A DNA stretch of 64,000 bases from an uncultured Verrucomicrobiae bacterium (GCA_963769025.1 CAVYKI010000009.1:192001-256000); one strand, 5' to 3'. Positions 53,300 to 64,000 are shown, counted from the stretch's first letter. Notes: generated by a model not told the origin, from the letters alone. Program-made: numbers and translations.

Positions 53300-54591
53300 C
53301 TACTTCCCGCGTGCACGCGCGCCGCGACTTTCAGCCGCAGCGCGTTCAGCGCGATGAAGCCGGTGGCGTCGTTCTGATTGTAGGCCTTCGTCGGGTCGGC
53401 CTCCATCGTGGCGATCTCGGGGTTGTAGAGCGACAGCGAGGATTTCCGTCCGGCGGCGATGATGTTCCCCTTGTAGATCTTCACGCGCACGACGCCGCTC
53501 ACGTTCTTCTGCGACTCCGTCACGAGCGCCTGCAGCGCCTCGCGCTCGGGGGCGAACCAGAAGCCGTTGTAGACGAGCTCCGCGTATTTCGGGATGAGCG
53601 AATCGCGCAGGTGCATCACCTCGCGATCCATCGTGATGCTCTCCATCTGCCGGTGCGCGAAGTGCAGGATGCTGCCGCCGGGCGTCTCGTACACGCCGCG
53701 CGACTTCATGCCGACGAAGCGGTTCTCCACCATGTCCACGCGTCCGCAGCCGTGCTTGCCGCCGAGCTTGTTCAGCACCTTCATCACCCAGTAGGGCGAG
53801 AGCACCGCGTGGTCGTTCGTGTTGAAAGTGAGCGTGCCCTTGTAGCCGAGTTCCTTCAGCACGGCCGCGATCTCGTGGTAGCCGACTGCGGTGCAGTTCC
53901 CGCGCTCGAAGGTCAGTTCCACATACTCCGCCTTGTCCGGCGCCTCCTCGGGCGAGACGGACAGCACGTACATCTCCCGCGCCTTCTCCGCGCTCGCGTC
54001 GTACCACGGGTCCTCGAGGATTCCCGCCTCGAAGGAAATGTGCAGGAGATTGCGGTCCATCGAATACGGCTTCTTCGCCGAAGCCTGAATCGGGATCTGG
54101 TGCTTCTCCGCATACGCGATCATCTCCGCGCGGCCGGGGAATTCCTCGCGGAAACGGTCCTGCCGCCACGGCGCGATCACCTGCAGCTCCGGCGCGAGCG
54201 CCGCCGCGGCCAGCTCGAACCGCACCTGATCATTCCCCTTGCCCGTCGCCCCGTGCGCCACCGCATCCGCGCCCTCGCGCTTCGCGATCTCCACCATCTT
54301 CTTCGCGATGCACGGACGCGCGATGCTCGTGCCGAGAAAGTATTGCCCCTCGTAAACCGCGCCCGCCTGCATCATCGGGAAAATGAAATCCCTCGCGAAT
54401 TCCTCGTTCAGGTTCTCGATGTAGCACTTGCTCGCGCCGGTCTTGAGCGCCTTCTCCTCCAGCCCCGTGAGTTCCTCCTCCTGCCCGACATCGGCGCAGA
54501 ACGCGACGATCTCCGCCTTGTAGGTTTCCTTGAGCCAGGTCATCAGCACGCTCGTGTCGAGACCGCCGGAGTAAGCGAGAACGATTTTCAT
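53300..54591 (-). CDS. argG: Argininosuccinate synthase (stop inferred at about 53300 after a terminal indel)
   Basis: [46 protein letters not shown]. Confidence 0.95.
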
Positions 54592-54663
54592 AAAGGGCGC
54601 GGAGTAAAGCGGCGCACCCCTCAGAGGGCACGCAGAAAATCGCCTATCCGCCCAACTCGGCGG

Positions 54664-55956
54664 CTAGAGGGACCAGACGGTCTTTCCTGCAACGATGGTG
54701 CGGACGGCGCGGCCTTTGAGTTCGCAGGCGTGGAAGGGCGTGTTGCGGCTGCGGGAGAAGCTCTGTTCCTTGTCCACGGTCCATTCGAGGTCGGGGTCGA
54801 TGAGGGTGACATCGGCGATGGAACCGACGGTCAGCGTGCCGCGATCGAGGTTGAGAAGCTTGGCGGGATTCGCGGTGTAAAGTTCGATCAGGCGTTTCAA
54901 GGTGATGGCCTTGCGCTGATGGACGAGGATGTTCAGGAAGAGGCCGAGCTCGGTTTCGAGGCCGAGGATGCCGAACGGCGCGAGGTCAAACTCGACCTCC
55001 TTTTCAAAGCCGGAATGCGGCGCGTGGTCGCTGCCCAGGATGGTGATCGTGCCATCGGCGACGCCCTCGATGAGCGCCTCGACGTGCTCCTGTGAGCGCA
55101 GCGGGGGGTTCATCTTGAAGTTCGTGTCGAAGCCGCGGACGGATTCGTCGGTCAGCGCGATGTGGTGCGGGCAGATTTCGCCGGTGAGCGGGACGCCGCG
55201 CGCGTGTGCCCGGCGGAGGATGCCCACGCTGCCGGCGGCGCTGAGGTGCTGGCAGTGGATGGGCGTGCCGGTGAGTTCGGCGAGGAGCGCGTTGCGGGCG
55301 ACGATGATTTCCTCGCCGATGGCGGGCCAGCCGGGGAGGCCGAGCGCGGCGCTCACCTGGCCTTCGTGCATGACGCCTTTGCCGACGAGATTGTAGTCCT
55401 GGCAATGGTCCATGATGACGAGGCCGAACATGCGCGCGTATTCGCACGCGCGGCGCATGACTTCGTGGCTCTGCACGCAATGGCCGTCATCGGTGAGCGC
55501 GACGACGCCGGCCTTGTGCAGGGAACCGATGGGCGCGAGTTCCTCGCCGGCGAGGCCCTTGGTGATGGCGCCGGTGGGGAGGACGTTCACGCACGACTCG
55601 GCCTTCGCCTTTTCCAAGATCCACGTGACCACGCTGGGCGTGTCCACGGGCGGGGCCGTGTTCGGCATGCAGACGATGGTGGTGAAGCCGCCCGCCGCCG
55701 CGCACTTCGCGCCCGTGGCGATGGTTTCCTTCGCCGACTGGCCGGGCTCGCGGAGGTGGACGTGGATGTCGATGAGGCCCGGGCAGACGACCAGCCCGGT
55801 GGCGTCGATGACGTCGAGGTCGTGCGGGTGTTTCCGCAGCGTGGCGTCGAAGTCGATTTTCGCGATTTTCCCGCCGGTGATGTAGAGGTCGCCGACGCGG
55901 TCGATGCCGTTGGCCGGGTCGATGATGTGGCCGTTGGTGATGAGGGTGGAATTCAT
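54664..55956 (-). CDS. pyrC: Dihydroorotase
   Basis: PGLIDIHVHLREPG, MPNT, KMNPPLR, SDHAPH. Confidence 0.95.
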   Translation of the reverse strand: MNSTLITNGHIIDPANGIDRVGDLYITGGKIAKIDFDATLRKHPHDLDVIDATGLVVCPGLIDIHVHLREPGQSAKETIATGAKCAAAGGFTTIVCMPNTAPPVDTPSVVTWILEKAKAESCVNVLPTGAITKGLAGEELAPIGSLHKAGVVALTDDGHCVQSHEVMRRACEYARMFGLVIMDHCQDYNLVGKGVMHEGQVSAALGLPGWPAIGEEIIVARNALLAELTGTPIHCQHLSAAGSVGILRRAHARGVPLTGEICPHHIALTDESVRGFDTNFKMNPPLRSQEHVEALIEGVADGTITILGSDHAPHSGFEKEVEFDLAPFGILGLETELGLFLNILVHQRKAITLKRLIELYTANPAKLLNLDRGTLTVGSIADVTLIDPDLEWTVDKEQSFSRSRNTPFHACELKGRAVRTIVAGKTVWSL

Positions 55957-56911
55957 TCAGGAAGTTCGCGCGCCTGCGCAGAGGAAGAGAACGGCCATGC
56001 GGGTGGCGAGGCCGTTGGTGACCTGCTCGAGGATGACGCTGCGGCCGCTGTCGGCGATGTCGCTGTCGATCTCCACGCCGCGATTGATGGGACCGGGGTG
56101 CATGATGAGGCAGTCGGGCTTGAGGCGTTCGGCACGCGCCTTCGTGAGGCCGAAGAAGGCGGTGTATTCGCCGAGGCTCGGGAAGTATTCCTTCCGCTGC
56201 CGCTCGTGCTGGATGCGGAGGAGATTCACCACGTCCACCTCGGGCAGCAGGCTGTCAAAGTCGTGGGTGACGGTGACGCCGAGGGCCTCGAGCGAGCGCG
56301 GGACGAGCGTGGGCGGGCCGCACAAGGTCACGCGTGCGCCGAGCTTGAGCAGTGCGTGGATATTTGAGCGGGCGACGCGGCTGAAGAGGATGTCGCCGAC
56401 AATCGCGACATGCAGCCCGGCGATGCTCGCCCTTCTTTTCGCGGACGGTGAACGTGTCGAGCAGCGCCTGCGTGGGATGCTCATGCGCGCCGTCGCCGCC
56501 GTTGATGATGCTGGAGTTCAGCCGCTCGGCGAGGAATTGGGCCGAGCCCGCGCTGCTGTGGCGGAGGACGATGATGTCGGCGAGGAGCGCCTCGAGGTTC
56601 TTCGCGGTGTCCTTCAGCGTCTCGCCTTTGGTGAGGCTGGAGGTGCTCGCGGAAATGTTGATGACGTCAGCGCTGAGGCGGACTGCGGCGACCTCGAAGG
56701 AAATGCGCGTGCGCGTGCTGGGCTCGACGAAGAAATTCACGAGCGTCTTGCCGCGCAGGGCGGGGACCTTTTTCACCTCGCGGGTGCCGACGTCCTTGAA
56801 CGCGGCGGCGGTGTCCAGGATTTGCGTGATTTCCTCCGCGCTGAGATCAGCGATGGAGACGAGGTCTTTGCGGCGCCAGGTGGGCGGGGCTTGCGTGAGC
56901 GGGGCGGTCAT
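55957..56911 (-). CDS. pyrB: Aspartate carbamoyltransferase catalytic subunit (indel near 56430)
   Basis: [41 protein letters not shown]. Confidence 0.95.
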
Positions 56912-57489
56912 TCGGGGATGTTCGAGCCGGGAGTCGTGTCGAGCCACACGGCGTCCTCCGCCGTGCCGTCCGTCGCGCTGAACCGGACAAAGACGCGCTC
57001 GCCGAGCGAGGTCGGGACATTTTTGCCGACGTAATCGGCGCGGATGGGCACTTCGCGATGGCCGCGGTCGATGAGCACCGCGTACTGGATTCGCGCAGGC
57101 CGCCCGAAGTCCGCGAGCGCATCCATCGCGGCGCGGCAGGTGCGGCCGGTGAATGCGACGTCGTCGGCGAGGATGATGGTGCGATTTTCGAGGTCGTACG
57201 GCAGTCGCGTCGGGACGACGGCGGGCACGGGGCGTCGCGCGAGGTCGTCGCGGTGCATCGAGATGTCCACGACGCCGGTTTCCACGCCGCTGCCGGCAAA
57301 CTGCTGGACGAATGCGGCGAGCCGTTCCGACACGACGACGCCGCGCGAGGGAACTCCGATGATGGCGAGCCTTTCCGGCTCGGGATTGCGCTCGATGATT
57401 TCGTGCGCGATGCGCTTCAGAGCGCGTTCGATGGCCGCTGCGTCGAGGAGCAGGCGGGCGGTGGGGCTTGGCGGGTTTGGTTTGCTCAT
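56908..57489 (-). CDS. pyrR: Pyrimidine operon regulator / uracil phosphoribosyltransferase
   Basis: [40 protein letters not shown]. Confidence 0.95.
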   Translation of the reverse strand: MSKPNPPSPTARLLLDAAAIERALKRIAHEIIERNPEPERLAIIGVPSRGVVVSERLAAFVQQFAGSGVETGVVDISMHRDDLARRPVPAVVPTRLPYDLENRTIILADDVAFTGRTCRAAMDALADFGRPARIQYAVLIDRGHREVPIRADYVGKNVPTSLGERVFVRFSATDGTAEDAVWLDTTPGSNIPE

Positions 57490-57497
57490 TTTGGCTT

Positions 57498-57528
57498 CCT
57501 TGTGACCTCGCGGGGTCGGACTTAAAGG
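57498..57528 (-). promoter_or_regulatory. PyrR-binding RNA hairpin overlapping the pyrR ribosome-binding site
   Basis: CCTTTAA-GTCC-GACC-CCGCGA-GGTC-AC-AAGG: CNGNGA hexaloop and CUUUAA element; 3' arm is part of the AAGGAAG SD. Confidence 0.8.
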
Positions 57529-57543
57529 TGCCTGCGGCTCAAC

Positions 57544-57765
57544 TCATGAATTTGCCGCGGTTCGTTGGCCCAGTTGCTCCTGCCTCTTGCGCCGCCAAGT
57601 GGGCCGGTATTTCACGAGCCAGTCGAGCAGGGCCTTTTCAAATCCGACGTCGAATCCCGCCTTCTCGCTCTCCAACCATTTGTGCCGCATGATCTCCTCC
57701 CGCTCGGCAAGGAATTCCTGGTAAAGGCGCGAGCCCTTGAGAAGCTTGGAATCAGCGTCGCTCAT
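57544..57765 (-). CDS. Small conserved protein (DUF4032-like)
   Basis: LYQEFLAEREEIMRHKWLESEKAG.DVGFEKALLDW. Confidence 0.7.
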   Translation of the reverse strand: MSDADSKLLKGSRLYQEFLAEREEIMRHKWLESEKAGFDVGFEKALLDWLVKYRPTWRRKRQEQLGQRTAANS

Positions 57766-57873
57766 TGCGACGAAGTTGTAACGCAGCGGAGGGAACGTCA
57801 AGGCGCTGAATAAAAATATCTGCAATGTCATCGGGGGTTGACGCGCGATGCGGCGCTCGGTTGCGATTCGAGC

Positions 57874-58812
57874 GTGATTTTTTCCACTGATCCCACATGC
57901 AGAAAACATGACGCCGGCGCCGGGCATCCCGGAGCAGCCGGCGCGCTACGATGCGGTGCTGGCGGCATTGAAGGAAGCCGGTCTCCACGCCCGCATGCGC
58001 GAAATGGCGCCGCGGGCCATGCGGCGCGAGGATCTGCTGCTGGTCCACGATCCGCGCTACCTCGATCTCGCGGAGAGGGAAATCCGCGATGGTCGAGAGC
58101 CAACTCAGCACCGGCGATACGGGCGTCGGGCCGCTTTCATGGGACGCAGCGATGGCGGCCGCCGGCTGCGCGCTCGCCGCGACGGAGGCGGTCGTGAAAG
58201 GCGAGGCGAAGACGGCATTCTGCCTCATCCGACCGCCGGGGCATCATGCGGGCGCGGCGCGCGGCATGGGCTTTTGCATCGTGAACAACGTCGCGCTCGC
58301 CGCGCGCCATGCGCAGAAGCGGCTCGGCATCGGGCGTGTGCTGATCGTCGATTGGGACGTGCATCACGGCAACGGGACGCAGGACATTTTCTACGCGGAT
58401 GGCAGCGTCTTCTTTTTCAGCACGCACCAGTCGCCGTGGTATCCCGGCACCGGGCAGCGCCGACGAAACCGGCGAGGGCGAGGGGAAGGGGACGACGCTG
58501 AATTGCCCGCTGCCTGCGCACAGCGGACGGGCGGAGATCTTCGGGTGCTTCGAGCGCAAGCTCGTTCCCGCGATGAAGAAATTCCGGCCGGAACTGGTGC
58601 TCATCAGCGCGGGCTTCGATTCGCGCGAGGGCGATCCGCTCGGCCAGTTTTTGCTGAAGGATGCGGACTTCGCCGACCTCACCCGCATCGTGCGCGACAT
58701 CGCCGACGAGCACGCGAAAGGCCGCGTGGTGAGCATGCTGGAGGGCGGCTACAACCTCCGCGGCCTCGCAAGCGCCGCAACCGCGCACGTCGGCGCGCTG
58801 TTGAAGGACTGA
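57874..58812 (+). CDS. Histone deacetylase family protein (indels; start uncertain)
   Basis: HPEQP.R, RPPGHHA, GFC, DWDVHHGNGTQ, SAGFD, LEGGY. Confidence 0.9.
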
Positions 58813-58817
58813 TCGAA

Positions 58818-58890
58818 GGTAGGGACGGCTCGCCGAGCCGTCCCCGATCTTTCCCGCGAATCACGGCGCGTTCGGCGAACGCGCCCTACC
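58818..58890. repeat. GTAG-type REP doublet (same family as 51010-51086)
   Basis: GGTAGGGACGGCTCGCCGAGCCGTCC ... CGGCGCGTTCGGCGAACGCGCCCTACC. Confidence 0.8.
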
Positions 58891-59530
58891 CAGCCAGCGC
58901 CGCGGCGATTGCGCGGATGCAGCGCCTTTCCAAAACGAACGACGGGTGCATCGACGCCCAAATGCGGACGTTGCGCGCCTGCGGCATCGCGGAGCTGTTG
59001 GCGGGAAGGATGATCGCGTCGAGCGGCGTGAAGAAGCTCGTGAACGGTACGCGCCGCAGCACATCCGCGTCGCTCGCGAGGTCGCGGAGAAAGTCGCTCC
59101 CGGGGCGCATCTGCACCCAGCCGGGAAGTCCCGCCAAGCCGCGCCGCGTGGGTGCCATGTGCGGTGCCGCCATCGTGACGAAACGCGCGACATTCTCGAT
59201 GCCGCCGAGCCGCTGGAGGTAGTAGCGCGTGATCAGCCCGCCCATGCTGAAGCCGACGAGGTCGAAGCGGCGCCCTTGCAGTTCCCGATCGACATATTGC
59301 GCGAACTGCCGCGCGAGATCCTCGAGCGACGCATGGCCGCTGTTCGGCGTGAGCGTCGGCTGGAAGACTTCCCTCGCCTGCGAGCGGAGATGCCGCGCGA
59401 GCCGGTCCATGTCGCCGCCGGTCGAGAAAATGCCGTGGACGAGCACCACCGGACGAAGCGCGGGATCGGGCGCGACTGCCGGCGGGTCGAATCGCGCAAG
59501 CGTCCGTGCGAGGAGGGCGACGATGTGCAT
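58886..59530 (-). CDS. Alpha/beta hydrolase (lipase/esterase)
   Basis: VVLVHGI, GFSMGG nucleophile elbow, Asp and His residues downstream. Confidence 0.88.
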   Translation of the reverse strand: MHIVALLARTLARFDPPAVAPDPALRPVVLVHGIFSTGGDMDRLARHLRSQAREVFQPTLTPNSGHASLEDLARQFAQYVDRELQGRRFDLVGFSMGGLITRYYLQRLGGIENVARFVTMAAPHMAPTRRGLAGLPGWVQMRPGSDFLRDLASDADVLRRVPFTSFFTPLDAIILPANSSAMPQARNVRIWASMHPSFVLERRCIRAIAAALAG

Positions 59531-59542
59531 CGTTGGTGCAGG

Positions 59543-60131
59543 TCAGCCGCGTTTCGCGTTGCGGCGGTAGTGGCGGACCTCGAAGTCCGCGGTCTTCAGC
59601 GCGACGTCCGCAAAATCGAAGAGATGCTCGAACTCCGGAAAGACACGCGTCGCCCTCGACGATGCGCGGCACGACGGTGAGGTAGAGGTCGCTGCACAGC
59701 GGCAGCATCCGCTCGTAGATCTGCGCGCCGCCGATGACGAACACCTCGCGCTGCGGCTGGCATTTTTTGAGCGCCGCGAGGAAGCGGTCGATGCTGCGCA
59801 CCAGCCACACCTCGCGTCCGGCGATGCGCTCAAATCCGAGCTGCGCCGGGCCGCGCCGGAGCCGCGCATTCCAGTGGCCGACGAGCGGGGTCACGCCGCA
59901 GCGCGCCACAAACGCCGGGTCGCGCGCGAGCATCCGCGGCGCACGGGTGAAGACGACATTCGTGCGGTTCGGCAGCGGCTTCGGCAGGCTGAGGAACGTC
60001 TTCCGCCCCATGAGCACGATGCCGCCGGTGGTGAGCTGCTTGAACCACTTGAAGTCCTCCGGCAGATGCCACGGGATCTGTCCGCCGTTCCCGATCACGC
60101 GGTTCAGCGACATGGCGGCGATGGCTTTCAT
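59543..60131 (-). CDS. folA: Dihydrofolate reductase with internal insertion (indel near 59645)
   Basis: IPWHLPEDFKWFK, MGRKTF, PLPNR, VIGGAQIY; downstream of thyA. Confidence 0.9.
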
Positions 60132-60136
60132 CGCGC

Positions 60137-60227
60137 GGTTGAGGGTTGAAAGTTGAGAGTTGAGAGGAGCATCGCCACGCGCGGTCGAACGTAGGGTGCG
60201 CGACCCTCAACCCACAACTCTCAACTC
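60137..60227. repeat. Inverted pair of heptamer tandem tracts (GTTGAGA)n / (TCAACTC)n
   Basis: 60137-60166 and 60204-60227, between thyA and folA. Confidence 0.7.
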
Positions 60228-61020
60228 AGACCGCAATCGGCGCCTTGATCACCGGGTGCGGGTCATAGCCTTCGATGGCGATGTCCTCGAACTTGAACGC
60301 GAAGATGTCCTTCACGTCGGGATTCAATTTCAGCATCGGCAGCGGACGCGGCTCTCGCGAGAGCTGCAGCTTTGCCTGGTCGACGTGGTTCGCGTAGAGG
60401 TGCAGGTCGCCGAAGCTGTGGATGAATTCCTTCGCGCGCAGCCCGCACACCTGCGCGACCATGTGCGTGAGCAGCGCGTAGCTCGCGATGTTGAAAGGCA
60501 CGCCGAGGAAGATATCCGCGCTGCGCTGGTAGAGCTGGCAGCTCAGTTCGCCCTCGCTCACGTAAAACTGGAACAGCGCGTGGCAGGGCGGCAGCGCCAT
60601 GCTTTCGATCTCCGCCGGGTTCCAGGCGCTCACGATGAGCCGCCGGCTGTCCGGATTGCTTTTGATTTGCCCGATGAGCTTCGCAATCTGATCCACGTGC
60701 TTCCCGTCCGCGCCGCGCCAGTCGCGCCACTGCGCGCCGTACACGCGGCCGAGATTTCCCTCGGCGTCCGCCCACTCGTCCCAGATCGTCACGCCGTTTT
60801 CGCGCAGGTAGCGGGTGTTCGTCTCGCCTTTCAAAAACCACAGCAGCTCGTGAATGATGCTCCGCGTGTGGACCTTTTTCGTCGTGAGAAGGGGGAAGCC
60901 AGCGGCGAGGTCGAAGCGCACCTGCGCGCCGAACACGCTGAACGTGCCGGTGCCCGTCCGGTCCGCTTTGAAGCGTCCGTGTTCTTGCACGTGGCGAAGG
61001 AGGTCGAGGTATCCGCGCAT
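60226..61020 (-). CDS. thyA: Thymidylate synthase
   Basis: [45 protein letters not shown]. Confidence 0.97.
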   Translation of the reverse strand: MRGYLDLLRHVQEHGRFKADRTGTGTFSVFGAQVRFDLAAGFPLLTTKKVHTRSIIHELLWFLKGETNTRYLRENGVTIWDEWADAEGNLGRVYGAQWRDWRGADGKHVDQIAKLIGQIKSNPDSRRLIVSAWNPAEIESMALPPCHALFQFYVSEGELSCQLYQRSADIFLGVPFNIASYALLTHMVAQVCGLRAKEFIHSFGDLHLYANHVDQAKLQLSREPRPLPMLKLNPDVKDIFAFKFEDIAIEGYDPHPVIKAPIAV

Positions 61021-61104
61021 CGCGTGCGGGATAAGGGAAGCGGGACGCGCGATGCAAGCATCCTCCGCCGCGGATTGCTGAACAGTTTCAGAAAGCGGGA
61101 CGGA

Positions 61105-61238
61105 TTTGAAACGCCGAGACGCAGAGACGCGGAGAAGAACGTGATGACCCGTGTCCGTCGATCCAAGGCTCTCGGAATCACAGTCGAAGCGGAACCGCGC
61201 ATTCTTCCCTCCGCGTCTCTGCGTCTCTGCGTTTCAAA
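61105..61238. repeat. REP/MITE-like element with 30-bp terminal inverted repeats
   Basis: TTTGAAACGCCGAGACGCAGAGACGCGGAG (61105-61134) versus CTCCGCGTCTCTGCGTCTCTGCGTTTCAAA (61209-61238), one mismatch. Confidence 0.8.
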
Positions 61239-61302
61239 AATATGCCGTGGCCGCTGCAAAAGAATGAACGCCGCCGCGCTGCGTGTGTCCGACAACGCCG
61301 AC

Positions 61303-61881
61303 ATGCGTCTTCCCGTCCTCATCCTCCTCGCCGCCACGCTCCCGCTGCGCGCTGATCTGCCTGAGCCGTCGAGGAAGCTCATCTCCGCCGCACGCTCGCA
61401 GATCGGCGTCACCACGCTCTACGATCCGGCGTACGTGAAGCTCGCCTATCCGGATGGCGACGTGCCGGAGGATCGCGGCGTGTGCACCGACGTCGTCATC
61501 CGCGCTTTCCGCGCGATGGGCCTCGACCTCCAGAAGCTCGTCCACGAGGACATGGCCCGCGCATTTTCAAAATACCCGCAGCACTGGGGTCTCAAGTCGC
61601 CCGACGCGAACATCGACCACCGCCGCGTGCCGAATCTCATGCGCTACTTTGAGCGCGCCGGGAAGAAGCTCGCAGTGACGAAGAACGCCACCGACTACAG
61701 GCCCGGCGACATCGTGACGTGCATCGTGCCGCCACACCTCCCGCACATCATGCTCGTCTGCGACACTGCATCGCCCGCCGATCCTCAGCGTTTCCAGATC
61801 ATCCACAACATCGGCGCCGGCGCGCGCATGGAGGATCGGCTGTTCGATTTTGAAATCACCGGCCACTACCGCTACTGGTAA
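61303..61881 (+). CDS. DUF1287 (YijF-like) secreted protein, NlpC/P60-like
   Basis: YDPAYV.L.YP.GDV, GVCTDVVIRA, NIDHRRVPNL, IIHNIG. Confidence 0.88.
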   Translation: MRLPVLILLAATLPLRADLPEPSRKLISAARSQIGVTTLYDPAYVKLAYPDGDVPEDRGVCTDVVIRAFRAMGLDLQKLVHEDMARAFSKYPQHWGLKSPDANIDHRRVPNLMRYFERAGKKLAVTKNATDYRPGDIVTCIVPPHLPHIMLVCDTASPADPQRFQIIHNIGAGARMEDRLFDFEITGHYRYW

Positions 61882-61884
61882 CCC

Positions 61885-62788
61885 ATGACACGCCGCACCG
61901 CCGTCTTTCGCACCGCGCTCCTGCTCCTCGGCGCTGTCGTGCCTGCACGCGCGCGGCACACGGGCTTGCTGCCGATGAGCACGGTCTTCGTCGGGCGGGA
62001 TCGCTTCGAGGCCCGCGTCCGCCAGCTCCGCTCCGTCGCGGAAAAGGTGCGCGCACTGCCGATCGGCGAACGCGTCGCGTGGTTCGGCCAGGTCTTCCTC
62101 GGCACGCCGTACAAGGGCTTCACGCTCGAGATCGACGACCGTGTCGAGGCTCCCAGCGTGAATCTTCTCGGGCTCGACTGCTGGACCTTCTTCGAGACGG
62201 CCCTCGCATTTGCCCGCATGGTCGAGGAACCCGCCGAGCAGTGGACCCCCGAGACGCTGCTGCGCTACATCGAGATGGATCGCTACTGGGGCGGGGAGTG
62301 CGACGGCACCTACCTCTCACGGCTCCACTACCTCGAAGACTGGCTCCACGACAACGCCCGGCGCGGCCTCGTGCGGGACCTCACGCGCAGCCTCGGCGGC
62401 ATCGGCGTCGCGAATTCCGCGGTCGAGATGACGAACAATTGGAAAAAGTATCGCTACATGCGGAACAGCTCCACCCTGCGCGAAGGGATCGCGGACCTCG
62501 AATCCCGGCTCCGCCGCCAGCCGCTGATGATGATTCCGAAGAGCCCGCGTCCGCGGCATCGAGGACCGGCTTCAGGATGGCGACATCATCGGCATCGTCG
62601 GGCATGACGGCGGCAGGTACGGCACGTCGCATGTCGGCATTGCGATTCGGAAAAATGGCGTCCTCTCCTTCATGCACGCCAGCGCACCGCGCAATTACGG
62701 CAAGGTCGTCATCGAAGCCCGGCTCAGCGACTACCTCGAAAAATACAGGAGCCACGCCGGCATCCTCGTCGGCAGGCCGGTGAAGTGA
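61885..62788 (+). CDS. DUF1460 N-acetylmuramoyl-L-alanine amidase-like protein (indel near 62545)
   Basis: FLGTPY..TLE, LDCWTFFE, SRLHY..DW, SHVGIA, MHAS. Confidence 0.85.
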
Positions 62789-62958
62789 TTTCGGAAAACC
62801 TGGCGCTGCCCGCTGCGACGGGCAGGCGGTGAAACCGTAATTTTCCAATCCGGCCCGCATGGATGCGTCCGGGATCCCATGGCACTATTTCGCGCCGCCC
62901 CCGTCGATTTTTGCATTGAACGGGCAGAATGATAGATTGTCACACTGCCACACCGAAT

Positions 62959-64000
62959 ATGAACCAACGATTCCTCGCCCATTCCCTCCGTCTCGCACTG
63001 CTCGCGCCGCTCGCCTTTGCGACGCTGGCGGGGGCGGAGAACAAGCTTCCGGACATCGTCGTGGATGGGAAGCCGCTGGCACGCACCAGCGAGAACAGCT
63101 ATGCGCCGATCGTGGAAAAGGTGTCGCCGAGCGTCGTCACGATTTCCATCAGCAAGAACATGCGCGATGCGGCCAAGTCGGCGGCCCCGGCGCAAACAAC
63201 CCGCTGCTGAACGATCCGTTCTTCCGCAAGTTCTTCGGCGTGCCGGAGGACGAGCAGGGCGGCGGCAAGGACATCGGCAGGGGCCGCAAGCGCCAGATGC
63301 CCGTCGGCCTCGGCAGCGGCGTCATCGTGAGCAAGGACGGATACATCATCACCAACAACCACGTGGTGGAGCAGGCGGATGAAATCACCGTGACGCTCGC
63401 GGACGGGAGAACGGAGATGAAGGCGACGAAGATCGGCTCGGACCCCGGCAGCGACATCGCGGTCATCAAGGTCGATGCAAAGGACCTGAAGCCGATCACT
63501 TTCACCGACAGCGACACGATCAAGGTCGGGCGACAACGTGCTGGCTGTCGGCAATCCGTTCGCGCTGCGGCAGACCGTGACGCGGGGAATCATCTCGGCG
63601 GTCGGGCGCACGCAGACGGGTCTCTCGGAGTTCGGCAATTTCATCCAGACGGATGCGTCCATCAACCCGGGCAACTCCGGCGGTGCGCTTGTGGATCTCC
63701 TCGGGCGGCTCGTCGGCATCAACTCGGCCATCTTCAGCCAGAGCGGCGGCAACATGGGCATCGGCTTCGCGGTCCCCGCGAACCAGGCGCGCAGCGTGAT
63801 GGAGAGCCTCATCAAGTACGGCAAGGTGATGCGCGGCTTCCTCGGCATCCAGATGCAGGAGCTGGACGAGAAGCTCGCGAAGGAATTCAAGGCGCCGAAC
63901 AAGGATGGCATCCTCGTGGCGGAGGTCGTGCCCGGCGGCGGCGCGGCGAAGGCCGGCGTGAAGAGCGGCGACGTGATCACCGAATTGAACGGCAAGGCCG
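62959..64000 (+). CDS. HtrA/DegP-DegQ periplasmic serine protease (indels; 3'-truncated by window edge)
   Basis: [33 protein letters not shown], start of PDZ domain. Confidence 0.93.

Noticed and set aside
58749..60131. Apparent 460-aa extended DHFR
   Set aside because: A frameshift near 59645 causes read-through; the correct C-terminus ends at 59543 in another frame

Overview
GC-rich bacterial chromosomal segment, most likely Verrucomicrobia (Chthoniobacterales/Spartobacteria-like). The assignment is an inference from the PVC-signature small basic protein, PVC-style prepilins and PVC-type REP repeats. Many genes, including housekeeping ones (carA, pyrB, folA, argG), carry single-base indels, so most frameshifts are probably long-read or consensus errors rather than pseudogenes. 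Core genes include nadD-rsfS, rsmH, carA, an iscA-like/hscB-like pair, argG, pyrR-pyrB-pyrC with a PyrR-binding hairpin, thyA-folA and a degP-like protease. Accessory content: (i) a pilin locus around tRNA-Gly(CCC), containing a PilV/W/X-like triplet and a convergent operon where two tandem receiver domains are fused to a PilN-like protein followed by a PilO-like gene, which is the best candidate for an undescribed system; (ii) an MmeI-like Type IIL restriction-modification gene abutting a 21-bp tandem hairpin/heptad array; (iii) an RND-MFP-TolC pump; (iv) an inverse-autotransporter barrel with no passenger; (v) a dynamin-like GTPase, DUF2760 and two atypical Hsp70s, divergent from a ~2,200-aa secreted protein. 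Several REP-like inverted-repeat families lie between genes. No CRISPR array, rRNA, integrase or transposase was seen. All family calls come from motif recognition by eye, not database searches.
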